This document shows, one piece after another, positions 19,774 through 28,835 of a stretch of DNA of 64,000 bases (its first letter is position 1; each line of letters begins with the position of its first letter). A model generated the notes under the pieces. It saw only the letters and a list, made by a program, of their open reading frames with translations, was not told the DNA's origin and searched no databases. A program made the position numbers and the translations under genes. This stretch comes from Sphingobacteriia bacterium 28-36-52 (GTDB taxonomy: Bacteria; Bacteroidota; Bacteroidia; Chitinophagales; Chitinophagaceae), in NCBI GenBank assembly GCA_002281575.1, contig NCGN01000014.1:47711-111710 (forward strand), in the 5' to 3' direction.

Positions 19774-20965
19774 TTATTCTCCTGTTGATCTTGGCGGTCT
19801 AGGCTTGTTTGGTCTTGGCCTATTTGGGCGAGGATTATTTCTATTTCCCCCACTTTGATTAGGTCTTCTATTTCCTATAGGCTTTTGATTGCGAGGTGCA
19901 TATTCGGGTGCTGCACCAAATTGTTCTGGAACAACTAGCTTGTCTACCTGCTTACCTAATAGTGTTTCAATTTGTGCAAATTTTCTTTGCTCTGCTTCGC
20001 TAATAAAAGTAATAGCAGTTCCAGATGTAGCAGCACGAGCGGTTCTGCCTATGCGGTGGATATAATCCTCCCCATCATTGGGCACATCATAGTTAATGAC
20101 TAATTCAATTTCTTCTATATCTATGCCTCTACTTAATATATCTGTTGCAACTAAAATCTTCAATTTTCTATTTCTAAAATCTTGCATTACTTGCTCACGC
20201 TTGTCTTGCAATAGGTCAGAATGAATTTCTTCAACAGAAAATTTAGCCCGCTTTAACTCTGAGCTTAGCTGCTTAACATTTTGTTTCTTAGAACAAAAAA
20301 TAATTACTCTAGTATAATCACTGTTGTTCAGCACATATTTTATCAGAGGTATTTTTTGTGGTTCATATACAATAAATGCCTGTTGTGTTATTTGCTCTGG
20401 CGGTTTTGAAACTGCAATATTAATTTCAGCAGGATTTTGTAAAAGCTTTCTTGCTAAATCACGCATTTTAGCCCATGTCTAACATTCTATCGGCTTCATC
20501 TAATACCAAATATTTCACTTCTTGCATTTTTACATAGCCCATATTTAAATGAGCAATCATTCTGCCTGGCGTACATACTACCATATCTACCCCACTGCTT
20601 AATGCTTTTTTTTCTGCGGTAAAAGAATTTCCATCACCACCACCGTAAACTGCAATGCAACTGATATCTGTGAAATAACTTAATCCTTCCATTGTTTCAG
20701 CTATTTGTATAGCCAATTCTCTGGTAGGCACAATTATTAAAGCGTTAATATGATGCGAAGAATGTTGCTGTGTAAGCATCTTGTGAACAATCGGCAATAA
20801 GAATGCCGCTGTTTTACCTGTGCCCGTTTGCGCAGAAGCAATGATGTCTCTTCCTGCTAAAATGGGTTGAATCACTTGCGCTTGAACCGGAGTGGCCGTT
20901 TCATAGCCCATGGCATCAATCCCTTCTAATAATCTTTCCTCTAAACCTAGTTCTCTAAAATTCAA
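19774..20965 (-). pseudogene. DEAD-box ATP-dependent RNA helicase with an internal deletion that removes motif III and shifts the frame
   Basis: The N-terminal ORF 20468..20965 has Q (TPVQ), I (AQTGTGKT), Ia (PTRELA), Ib (TPGR) and II (DEAD) motifs, then stops after LDMG. The C-terminal ORF 19774..20466 begins at MRDLARKLLQNPAEINIA and has IV, V (ATDILSRGIDI) and VI (HRIGRTARA). No SAT motif is encoded in any frame between them. Confidence 0.8.
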
Positions 20966-20989
20966 AATAATAATCTGTTAATGTAATGA

Positions 20990-21781
20990 TCAGGAACTGA
21001 GTTTACGAACTTCTTCGTGCAATACATCTTTAGCTAGTTCAAAATATTTTTTGAATAACTGAAGCGATGGCTCTATCGTTTCCAACTTCTCCTGTTTTTT
21101 GGCATTTACCTCCATGGTATTCGCCAATGTATGCATATCGGGAACGCGAACCACCGACAATGATGATTTTGCATAGTGTGCAGATTTGTATAAATTATCC
21201 CAATCTTCTGCTGCTAAATCATCTTGCATTTTCTGTATGCTTTCTGGCATACTTTCTAAAAACATATTGATAATAGTAGTCTTATATTCGTTATCCCCCT
21301 CTGCCAATTCATTCAACATATCTAAATCTACCGCTACTGTTGAAACCGCTTCGGGCATTTTTACACCAAAATTGGCATTACTAGGCTTCGTTGGAGGTGG
21401 TGCATTAAAAATTTCATCCAGCGTTTTATAAAGAGACTCTAATCCAAAAGGCTTGGCCAAACAGGCATTCATTCCCATACGAGTGAATTTATCTCCCTCG
21501 GCTCTACTGCTCCAACCAGTCATTGCAATGATGGGAATGGTCTTGTTGATTTCTGCTCTAATAATCTGCGTAGCTTCAAATCCATCCATTTCTGGCATAT
21601 TGATATCCATCAGAATAAGGTCGTAAGGCTGTTGCTTTAGCATTTCAATTGCTTCTAAGCCATTGCCCGCTATATCAAAAGTGGCTCCTGTTACGTTTAA
21701 TGAATGTGTAATCAGCTTTTGATTTACAAAATCATCTTCTGCTATTAAAATCCTCTTACCCTTTAAGAAATCCGTGTTCAT
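20990..21781 (-). CDS. response-regulator receiver fused to an HPt phosphotransfer domain
   Basis: Receiver: ILIAEDD, LILMDINMPEMDG, AMTG, KPF. C-terminal HPt-like helix: SAHYAKSSLSVV. Confidence 0.8.
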   Translation of the reverse strand: MNTDFLKGKRILIAEDDFVNQKLITHSLNVTGATFDIAGNGLEAIEMLKQQPYDLILMDINMPEMDGFEATQIIRAEINKTIPIIAMTGWSSRAEGDKFTRMGMNACLAKPFGLESLYKTLDEIFNAPPPTKPSNANFGVKMPEAVSTVAVDLDMLNELAEGDNEYKTTIINMFLESMPESIQKMQDDLAAEDWDNLYKSAHYAKSSLSVVRVPDMHTLANTMEVNAKKQEKLETIEPSLQLFKKYFELAKDVLHEEVRKLSS

Positions 21782-21982
21782 CAAGTGCGTTTTTGCTTAC
21801 TACGAGGCCTAAATATAAAATTTATATACCGTTCTACCTTGAATTTTGTAAAAATGAGGGCCTTATTCTTGTTTATTGACTAATTTTTAACCAATCAGTT
21901 GGATTCATTTTGACTATTTTTGCTCCCTTGCAAGGGGAATAATCTTGCAATCAACCAAAATGAAAAAGACAAAGATCATTTT

Positions 21983-22594
21983 ATGATCCAGTACGGTGCC
22001 GACAGTTGGACAGGAAGACCCGATAGTGTTAGAACAGGTAATGGGTTTAGTCGTCACTTCAATTTTTATGTGATGTTTGATAAGCCTTTCAAAAACAACA
22101 AAAGAATGAGTTTGGCTTATGGAGCAGGTATTGGATCTAGCAATATCTTTTTTGATAATGTAAATGTAGATATTAAGTCTACTGCTGCTAGATTGCCATT
22201 TACTATTGCAGATAGTTTAAACCATTTCAATAAGTCTAAATTGACCAATATTTTCTTGGATATACCTGTAGAATTAAGGTATTACAGCAATCCAGAAAAT
22301 CCAGCCAAGTCTTGGAAATTTGCCATTGGTGCTAAAATTGGTACTTTACTTAGAACACATACCAAGGGTAAAAATCTAGTAGACAAAAACGGCCAAACTG
22401 TTTATGGAAACAGTTTTGTTCAAAAAGAAGTTGCAAAAAAATATTTCAATGGAACAGCCATTGCTATAACTGGTAGAGTAGGTTATGGTATCATAGGTTT
22501 ACAAGGAAGTTACCAAATCACTTCTGTTTTAAAAGAAGGCGTTGGCCCTTCTATGAACAGGTTTACTTTGGGGATTTCTATTAGTGGACTATAA
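21983..22594 (+). CDS. outer-membrane beta-barrel (PorT/OprF-like porin family) protein, apparently 5'-truncated with no signal peptide
   Basis: Alternating beta-strand pattern ending in the typical aromatic/Gly-rich LGISISGL. A short out-of-frame ORF MKKTKIIL* at 21960..21986 looks like the orphaned signal-peptide start. Confidence 0.55.
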   Translation: MIQYGADSWTGRPDSVRTGNGFSRHFNFYVMFDKPFKNNKRMSLAYGAGIGSSNIFFDNVNVDIKSTAARLPFTIADSLNHFNKSKLTNIFLDIPVELRYYSNPENPAKSWKFAIGAKIGTLLRTHTKGKNLVDKNGQTVYGNSFVQKEVAKKYFNGTAIAITGRVGYGIIGLQGSYQITSVLKEGVGPSMNRFTLGISISGL

Positions 22595-22603
22595 ACAGAT
22601 CAT

Positions 22604-23791
22604 TTGATAGAGAAAAAACAACTCATCTCCATTGAGGAGAAAGCAGTACTGGTTGGCGTAATCCTAAAGGACCAGACCAATGAGCAGGCAGCCGAATACC
22701 TAGACGAATTAGCTTTTTTATCTGAAACAGCTGGTGCAACTACAGTAAAACGTTTTACACAGAAGTTGGCACATCCTGATAGTAGAACTTTTGTAGGAAA
22801 GGGAAAGCTAGAAGAAATTAAACAATATCTAAACGGTAAAAATATTACCCTTGTCATATTTGATGATGAATTAACCGGCTCTCAAATTTCTAATATTGAG
22901 AAAGAGCTGAATGTAAAAACCATTGACCGAAGCGATTTAATCTTAGACATATTTGCTCGAAGAGCAAGAACAGCACAAGCTAAAGTACAGGTAGAGTTAG
23001 CACAATACCAATATTTATTGCCTCGCTTAAAAGGAATGTGGAAACACTTAGAAAGACAAGGAGGTGGTATTGGTACAAGGGGCCCTGGTGAAACAGAAAT
23101 TGAAACAGATAGACGTATCGTAAAGGATAAAATTTCATTGCTTCGCAAACGATTAAGTGAAATAGATAAACAATCTTTTACTCAACGCAAAGAACGTGGA
23201 GAATTTATTAGAGTTGCCCTTGTTGGTTATACCAATGTGGGTAAGAGCACGCTTATGACTGTTTTGAGTAAGAGTGAGGTATTTGCAGAAAATAAGTTGT
23301 TTGCAACATTAGATACTACCACACGTAAAGTGGTTTTTGAAAATACGCCCTTCTTATTAAGCGATACGGTAGGCTTTATTAGAAAACTGCCACACCATTT
23401 AGTAGAGAGCTTTAAAAGCACGCTAGATGAAGTGAGGGAGGCAGATATATTGTTACATGTTGTAGACGTTTCACATCCACAATACGAGGAACAAATTGGG
23501 GTAGTGAATAAAACTTTACAAGAGTTAAAAGCTTTTGATAAACCCATGCTCACCATTTTTAATAAAATGGATTTGTATGTTCAAAAGAATTTTGACGAGT
23601 GGCTAGAAGATTCAGTTAAAGAAGAAATCTTAAGAGATTTAAAAGACAAATGGGATTTAGCTACTAACGGCAACTGTGTATTTGTTTCAGCTACTGAAAA
23701 ACAAAATTTAGATGCCCTGAGAGATCTTATATTAGAGAAGGTTAGAGAAATGTACGGCATTCGTTATCCCTACAAAACAATGCTTTATTAA
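22604..23791 (+). CDS. hflX: GTPase HflX
   Basis: HflX N-domain (AVLVGV.., ELAQYQYLLPRL) and GTPase motifs G1 GYTNVGKST, G3 DTVGF, G4 NKMD. Confidence 0.9.
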   Translation: MIEKKQLISIEEKAVLVGVILKDQTNEQAAEYLDELAFLSETAGATTVKRFTQKLAHPDSRTFVGKGKLEEIKQYLNGKNITLVIFDDELTGSQISNIEKELNVKTIDRSDLILDIFARRARTAQAKVQVELAQYQYLLPRLKGMWKHLERQGGGIGTRGPGETEIETDRRIVKDKISLLRKRLSEIDKQSFTQRKERGEFIRVALVGYTNVGKSTLMTVLSKSEVFAENKLFATLDTTTRKVVFENTPFLLSDTVGFIRKLPHHLVESFKSTLDEVREADILLHVVDVSHPQYEEQIGVVNKTLQELKAFDKPMLTIFNKMDLYVQKNFDEWLEDSVKEEILRDLKDKWDLATNGNCVFVSATEKQNLDALRDLILEKVREMYGIRYPYKTMLY

Positions 23792-24145
23792 TTGGAAGAA
23801 GCAGCATTCAGTTGGATTAAAGTTGCCGATTACGCAAGCGAGCTACAATGGCAAGACAACCAAATGTGCATAGTTGAAGCAGATGGGAAAAAGATTACCC
23901 TGGCGTTGAACAACAAAGAATTGTTTGCATTTGCGCATAAATGTCCACATGCAAGTGGAATTATGGCTAATGGATTTATAGATGGTTCCGGTAATGTGGT
24001 TTGCCCTTTACATCGATATCGTTTTTCCATTCAAAATGGCCGTAATACCAGTGGGGAAGGCTATTTTTTAAAAACCTACCCCGTGAGAGAAAACGAAAAC
24101 GGGGTTTTTGTGGGTTTTAAAAAAAGCTTTTTTAGTAATTTCTAG
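23792..24145 (+). CDS. Rieske [2Fe-2S] domain protein (NirD-like)
   Basis: CPH-x17-CPLH Rieske ligand pattern. The start is apparently TTG, directly after the hflX stop. Confidence 0.7.
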   Translation: MEEAAFSWIKVADYASELQWQDNQMCIVEADGKKITLALNNKELFAFAHKCPHASGIMANGFIDGSGNVVCPLHRYRFSIQNGRNTSGEGYFLKTYPVRENENGVFVGFKKSFFSNF

Positions 24146-24155
24146 GGTATTTTTT

Positions 24156-24184
24156 TTGAAAGTATAGAGAAACCCCTATTTTTG
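24156..24184 (+). promoter_or_regulatory. Bacteroidota-type promoter for tRNA-Asn (-33 TTG, -7 TATTTTTG)
   Basis: TTG at 24156-24158. TATTTTTG (TAnnTTTG consensus) at 24177-24184, 20 nt upstream of the tRNA 5' end. Confidence 0.5.
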
Positions 24185-24203
24185 CAACCCCGAAAGGGGA
24201 AAT

Positions 24204-24277
24204 TCCTCCTTAGCTCAGTTGGTTAGAGCATCTGACTGTTAATCAGAGGGTCTCAGGTTCAAGTCCTGAAGGGGGAG
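24204..24277 (+). tRNA. tRNA-Asn(GTT)
   Basis: TCCTCCT TA GCTC AGTTGGTTA GAGC A TCTGA CTGTTAA TCAGA GGGTC TCAGG TTCAAGT CCTGA AGGGGGA G. Canonical cloverleaf and T-loop. Confidence 0.9.
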
Positions 24278-24287
24278 CTTAAGTGTG

Positions 24288-24316
24288 AAAGCCATCATTT
24301 CTGATGGCTTTTTCTT
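24288..24316 (+). terminator. intrinsic terminator after tRNA-Asn
   Basis: AAAGCCATCA tttc TGATGGCTTT followed by TTCTTT. Confidence 0.7.
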
Positions 24317-24443
24317 TGTCCGTCAGTGAGTTAGGTGTGCTGCATCTTTTTAAGAAGACATATAACCTAATTTTTCAAACCTGTCACCTATATGACGTGT
24401 AGAAGTCGTTTTTGCTGCCGTTTATTCCTTATAGATTTGTAAA

Positions 24444-25235
24444 ATGAAAATTGGAGGACACATAAAAGAAATTAGAATTTCAAAGGGATTTACCCAAACA
24501 GAACTATCTGAAAAGAGTGGTATTGCTGTAAGAACCATTCAAAGGATTGAGAATAGTGAGGTAACTCCAAGTATTTATTCATTAAATGCTATCGGAGCAG
24601 CATTAGATGTAAAATTGAATGAATTTCCAATTGATGCAAATGGTGGTAAATTTGAATTCAAAATTGTCATCTCCAACTTCAGTAATCTTTTTGTAGATAT
24701 TAAATCTTTAATTATAAGAAATTGGAAAACACTATTGGTACTTATCATTTTAGTATTTGGTACTCTATTTTATAAAGATTTAAAATCATTGCTTGTTATA
24801 TCAAATGACAATTCTATCATATCTATTTCTACTATCAACTGCGGTTCTAAAAACGAGTGTGATATAGAACTTCTTAAAAAAGACAATAAGGGTAAGGTAT
24901 TATGGAAGTGTATCATAGGCGGGACAAGTTATGATAGGGCAAGCCAAGTGCTTAGAACTAAAGACGGCAGTTACTTTGTAATTGGGTCTACTAGCTCTTT
25001 TGGTAAAGGGAATTATGATGTATTAGTAGTAAAAGTTAGTTCTGAAGGAGAAATTCTTTGGCAAAAAACCTATGGGGAATTCTTGAACGATTATGGATTA
25101 AGAATTGCGGCAGTTGAGGATAATTTATACCAAATTGAGGGAACGAAACAAATTTGTAAAACGGTAAATGTATCCAATGACTGTTACGACCAAGAGTGGT
25201 TATTTAAAATTGACGAAAGTGGTCTTGTTAAATAA
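24444..25235 (+). CDS. membrane-anchored XRE-family HTH protein with an extracytoplasmic repeat domain
   Basis: N-terminal HTH_3 (IKEIRISKGFTQTELSEKSGIAVRTIQRIENSE), one TM segment (LLVLIILVFGTLFY), and a C-terminal GGTSYDRASQV..DGSYFVIGST..G..DVLVVKV propeller-like repeat. TAGATTTG at 24432-24439 fits a -7 box for a near-leaderless mRNA. Confidence 0.7.
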   Translation: MKIGGHIKEIRISKGFTQTELSEKSGIAVRTIQRIENSEVTPSIYSLNAIGAALDVKLNEFPIDANGGKFEFKIVISNFSNLFVDIKSLIIRNWKTLLVLIILVFGTLFYKDLKSLLVISNDNSIISISTINCGSKNECDIELLKKDNKGKVLWKCIIGGTSYDRASQVLRTKDGSYFVIGSTSSFGKGNYDVLVVKVSSEGEILWQKTYGEFLNDYGLRIAAVEDNLYQIEGTKQICKTVNVSNDCYDQEWLFKIDESGLVK

Positions 25236-25250
25236 TTTCCTGATAGTCAC

Positions 25251-25345
25251 AAACTCAATCATAGCATTATAGTTGCATCTTTCGTTGAAAAGGGGAGCTT
25301 ATAAAATAAAAGGGTTATACTTTAATAGTATGGCCCTTTTTTATT
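25251..25345 (+). repeat. intergenic repeat copy A (core GCATCTTTCGT-N-AAGGGGAGC plus GGTTATACTTT/AGTAT..CC hairpin)
   Basis: Aligns without gaps to 26571..26665 at about 70% identity over the first 50 nt, followed by a shared hairpin and T-run. It overlaps the 3' end of the HxlR gene on the other strand. Confidence 0.7.
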
Positions 25346-25689
25346 ATTTGCTTTGCAGCATTAGTATTTCCCCATTTAGCCATCTCGTAAAGTATTGGCA
25401 TCAAAGAAGTTCCTGCTGCAGTAAGCTCATATTCAACACGAGGGGGTAACTCTTTATATTCTTTTCTATTAATCAGTCCAAAAAATTCTAATTCTTTGAG
25501 TTCATTAGTCAATACCTTATTGGAGATAGCTGGTATTAACTGGTTGAGCTTTCCAAACCTAATTGATCGATCTCCTATAACATTGAGTATTATTGGCTTC
25601 CATTTTCCTCCAATGATACTCATGGCTCTTGTTACCGGACAACTAAGAGGGTTGGAGATAAATTTTGCTGAAGAATTTGTAGTTACCAT
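25315..25689 (-). CDS. HxlR-family winged-helix transcriptional regulator
   Basis: CPVTRAMSIIGGKWKPIIL...PRVEYELT is the HxlR signature. Confidence 0.85.
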   Translation of the reverse strand: MVTTNSSAKFISNPLSCPVTRAMSIIGGKWKPIILNVIGDRSIRFGKLNQLIPAISNKVLTNELKELEFFGLINRKEYKELPPRVEYELTAAGTSLMPILYEMAKWGNTNAAKQIIKKGHTIKV

Positions 25690-25760
25690 TTGGTTACTTG
25701 TATTTACTATTTTAGTTACAAAAATACACTATCGATTGTAGTTTTGTCAAAACAAATAAT

Positions 25761-26510
25761 ATGAAACAGATATTTGCATTAGGAATATTATTATGTAGTA
25801 TGCAATTTTCCATCGCACAAAAGCAGGTAGTACTTGGCAAACAGGTGTTTGAATTACATAATGTAATAGGTTCAGTTATTAAATTTCAAGGAGAAAATGT
25901 CCTTAAAATCGAGAGAGATTTGCAATCATTACCATTTGATGCTAATAGATTAGAAGCAACTGTGGATGAAAAGCATTATGCAAAATTGGTAGGACTAGAT
26001 GATTTTGAAAATGGGACTATTGAGGTTAAGATGTATAGTCAAATCCAAGACCCATCACCTTTTCCTGCAGCTGCTGGTTTTATTGGCTTATATTATAGAA
26101 TTGCTCCAAACGATTCAGCATTCGAATCCATTTATTTGCGACCAAAAGTTGGTAGAGCAACCAATCAAATGTTTAGAAACCATGCTGTTCAATATTTCTC
26201 ATATCCTAATTTTAAATTTGAAACATTGAGAAAGAATTATCCACCTGGTTCTTATGAAGGTTCTGCACCGGTTGCATTGAAAGAATGGATAACAATGAGA
26301 ATTGAAGTTAATGGTGAAACAGCAGAGATGTTTATAAACAATATGAAGTATTCTTCTTTTATCGTTGATAAAATGTTGGGTAATGTTAAAAAAGGAGGAG
26401 TTGGTCTTTATGTTGATATTGCAACCATAGGATACTTTAAGGATTTGAAAGTAATAAAAAGAGCATTCAAAGCTCCCAAGAAGAAAGAGGAAAAACAAGA
26501 TGGGATTTAA
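25761..26510 (+). CDS. secreted concanavalin-A-like / DUF1080-like (LamG fold) protein
   Basis: Signal peptide ending in AQ. The C-terminus GGVGLYVDIATIGYFKDLKVIK resembles the DUF1080 ending. TAGTTTTG -7 box at 25749-25756. Confidence 0.6.
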   Translation: MKQIFALGILLCSMQFSIAQKQVVLGKQVFELHNVIGSVIKFQGENVLKIERDLQSLPFDANRLEATVDEKHYAKLVGLDDFENGTIEVKMYSQIQDPSPFPAAAGFIGLYYRIAPNDSAFESIYLRPKVGRATNQMFRNHAVQYFSYPNFKFETLRKNYPPGSYEGSAPVALKEWITMRIEVNGETAEMFINNMKYSSFIVDKMLGNVKKGGVGLYVDIATIGYFKDLKVIKRAFKAPKKKEEKQDGI

Positions 26511-26570
26511 CCTCCTGCAATTTCACACGATGACCAACTCTTTAATTTTCAGATAATTATAACCTTAATC

Positions 26571-26665
26571 ATCGGCTTACAGCTGCATCTTTCGTCTTTA
26601 AGGGGAGCAAGAATGATAAAAGGTTATACTTTCAAAGTGTAACCTTTTTTTATTTGCAAATTAAT
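26571..26665 (+). repeat. intergenic repeat copy B
   Basis: AATCATCGGCTTACAGCTGCATCTTTCGTCTTTAAGGGGAGCAAGAATGATAAAAGGTTATACTTTCAAAGTGTAACCTTTTTTTATTT. See copy A. Confidence 0.7.
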
Positions 26666-26668
26666 GGT

Positions 26669-27043
26669 ATGAAAATTCATACAACAATGCCCGATAAATT
26701 AAAACCCTTCTTTTTACATGAATTGAAAATTGCGGACAACTATTTTGAAAATAAGGATTACAAAACAAGTTGGTTTCATTTAGAAAGGGCTCATATCATC
26801 GGTCAGCCTTATCCTTATCATCATACCTTGGTTCATTGGAAAATGTTATTATTCGGAATTAAGATAAAAGACTTAAGAGAAATTATCGGACAGATACCTC
26901 GCTTAATTGTAGGGGGAGTAAAGTCGTTTGTTGGGGAAATACCTATAGGCAATACGGGGGGAGCAAATATGCCTCCTCTTAAAAGTATGGAGATTCCAGG
27001 AATTGTCTTTCAAAAGAATTCACTTACCTCGTTACGGATATAG
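26669..27043 (+). CDS. DUF3703 domain protein (C-terminus replaced at about 27000)
   Basis: WFHLERAHIIGQPYPYHHTLVHWKMLLFGIKIKD..IGQIPRLIVGGVKSFVGEIPIGNTGGAN is the DUF3703 pattern. Confidence 0.7.
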   Translation: MKIHTTMPDKLKPFFLHELKIADNYFENKDYKTSWFHLERAHIIGQPYPYHHTLVHWKMLLFGIKIKDLREIIGQIPRLIVGGVKSFVGEIPIGNTGGANMPPLKSMEIPGIVFQKNSLTSLRI

Positions 27044-27183
27044 CTCAAGCAAATGCTCGTTCCCTTAAAGCGCATAAAAAAAGAGGATTTCAAGTCATCA
27101 ATAAATTGATGTACGATGGTGTTGAATGGGATATTGTTTTGTGGGATTGGAATGAAGAAGATCAGCATCTATCGTATATTTAG
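26983..27183 (+). pseudogene. 3' fragment of a GNAT-family acetyltransferase gene (no start codon, about 66 codons)
   Basis: An open frame after a TAA at 26980 reads ..FTYLVTDIAQANARSLKAHKKRGFQVINKLMYDGVEWDIVLWDW..*. This is the conserved GNAT C-terminal N.RA...Y.K.GF block only. It overlaps the end of the DUF3703 ORF in another frame. Confidence 0.6.
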
Positions 27184-27185
27184 TC

Positions 27186-27653
27186 ATGAAAAATTTAGTT
27201 CTCTTTTTATTGGGCATGTTTATATACGCTAGCGCTGTAGCGCAAAATGAAAAAAAAGAAGTTATTTCTGAAAATGAACTTTTTAATAAAATAGCCATTC
27301 TTGATAGTTTATTATTCAATGCATATAATTCAAAGAATCTGGATTTGATGAAAACCTTTTTTACCAAAGACCTGGAGTGGTATCAAGACAATGGTGGCCT
27401 TATTAATTTTGAACAGGTTTTTATCAATTTCCAATCTATATTTAATCGAGACTATGACCTAAAAAGAAATCTAGTTAAAGAAAGTCTAGAAGTACATCCT
27501 ATAAAAGGTTATGGTGCAATTGAAATAGGCAAGCATCAATTCAAACATATTGAAAACGGAAAACTTGAAATAGGCACTTTTAAATTCATAATGATTTGGA
27601 AAAATGATCATGGCAACTGGAAAATTTCAAGGGTAATTAGCTATGATCACTAG
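27186..27653 (+). CDS. NTF2-like / DUF4440 (SnoaL-like) secreted protein
   Basis: Signal peptide ending in AQ. LDSLLFNAYNSKNLDLMKTFFTKDLEWYQD and a C-terminal W..D.G.WK..R pattern. Confidence 0.65.
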   Translation: MKNLVLFLLGMFIYASAVAQNEKKEVISENELFNKIAILDSLLFNAYNSKNLDLMKTFFTKDLEWYQDNGGLINFEQVFINFQSIFNRDYDLKRNLVKESLEVHPIKGYGAIEIGKHQFKHIENGKLEIGTFKFIMIWKNDHGNWKISRVISYDH

Positions 27654-27665
27654 CGTATCCCTTGC

Positions 27666-28745
27666 ATGGATAATTTAAGTTTAATATTGAATGAAAAAAA
27701 TATTGCAATTATTGGCGGAGGGTTGTCTGGATTAACTTTAGCATATTTATTAGAAAAGCAAGGATATAAAATTACTATTTTAGAAGCGTCGTCTAGGATA
27801 GGCGGAAGAGTTCATACTGTTGAAGGGAAGTTAGGAACACACCTTGAATTAGGTGCTACTTGGTTTTCTGATATTCATGTAAAACTTGTATTACTGCTTA
27901 AAGAATTGGGATTAAAAAAATATCTACAGTATACCAAAGGGACAACTATATTTCAAACAAAATCATTTGAACCGCCTCAACTTTTCACTATTCCTGATTC
28001 AGAACAACCTTCATTCAGAATAGCAGGTGGAACATATTCTTTGATTGATGCACTAAAAAATAATCTTAAGAGAACAAATATTTTTTTAAATACAAGAGCA
28101 ACTAGAATATCATTAATGGATGATGAAAATGTATTAGTTGAAGCAGATGAACTTTCATTGAATTGTGAGAAGGTCATAGTATGTATTCCACCACAATTGG
28201 TTTCATCTATTCAACTCCCTGTGCAAATTCCTTCAGAGCTCTATATGCTTTTACCAACTGTTCAAACTTGGATGGCAGGGTCGATAAAATTTGTTTTAGA
28301 ATATGAAAGCCCTTTTTGGAGGAAAAATAATTTTTCAGGTATGTTGTATAGTCATACGGATATTATTACTGAAATGTATGACCATACAAACTATGAAGTA
28401 AATAAATTTGGGTTCACCGGATTTTTAAACAGTAGTGCCAACGGCATTAGTTTAGAAAAAAGAATGTCAAATGTACTTCGTCATTTAAGTGAATTTTGGG
28501 GTGAAGAAGTTTTTGCACCATCGGCATATTTTGATAAAGTTTGGAATGATGACCTAATAGTATTTAATAATCAAATAATCAAAATGCCACATCAAAATAA
28601 TGGTCACCCTTTACTTCAAAAAGCTTATTTAGAGGAGAAACTTTATTTTTGTGGTACTGAAACCTCTAGTCAATATGCAGGCTATATGGAAGGTGCCATT
28701 CAAGCTGCTATGAGGGTAGCGAATAGAATTAAGCAAGCTCCCTAG
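27666..28745 (+). CDS. FAD-dependent amine oxidase family oxidoreductase
   Basis: Dinucleotide fold IAIIGGGLSGLTLAYLL...ILEASSRIGGRVHT. The C-terminus GTETS..YAGYMEGAIQAA is typical of flavin amine oxidases. Confidence 0.8.
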   Translation: MDNLSLILNEKNIAIIGGGLSGLTLAYLLEKQGYKITILEASSRIGGRVHTVEGKLGTHLELGATWFSDIHVKLVLLLKELGLKKYLQYTKGTTIFQTKSFEPPQLFTIPDSEQPSFRIAGGTYSLIDALKNNLKRTNIFLNTRATRISLMDDENVLVEADELSLNCEKVIVCIPPQLVSSIQLPVQIPSELYMLLPTVQTWMAGSIKFVLEYESPFWRKNNFSGMLYSHTDIITEMYDHTNYEVNKFGFTGFLNSSANGISLEKRMSNVLRHLSEFWGEEVFAPSAYFDKVWNDDLIVFNNQIIKMPHQNNGHPLLQKAYLEEKLYFCGTETSSQYAGYMEGAIQAAMRVANRIKQAP

Positions 28746-28835
28746 TTATTTTTCCTGATTTCGTTAATTAGTTTTCCATATTCATAAACAGTCAAAGACT
28801 TTTTCGAGGCAACTTGCAGCCCTAAAGTTTTTGAA

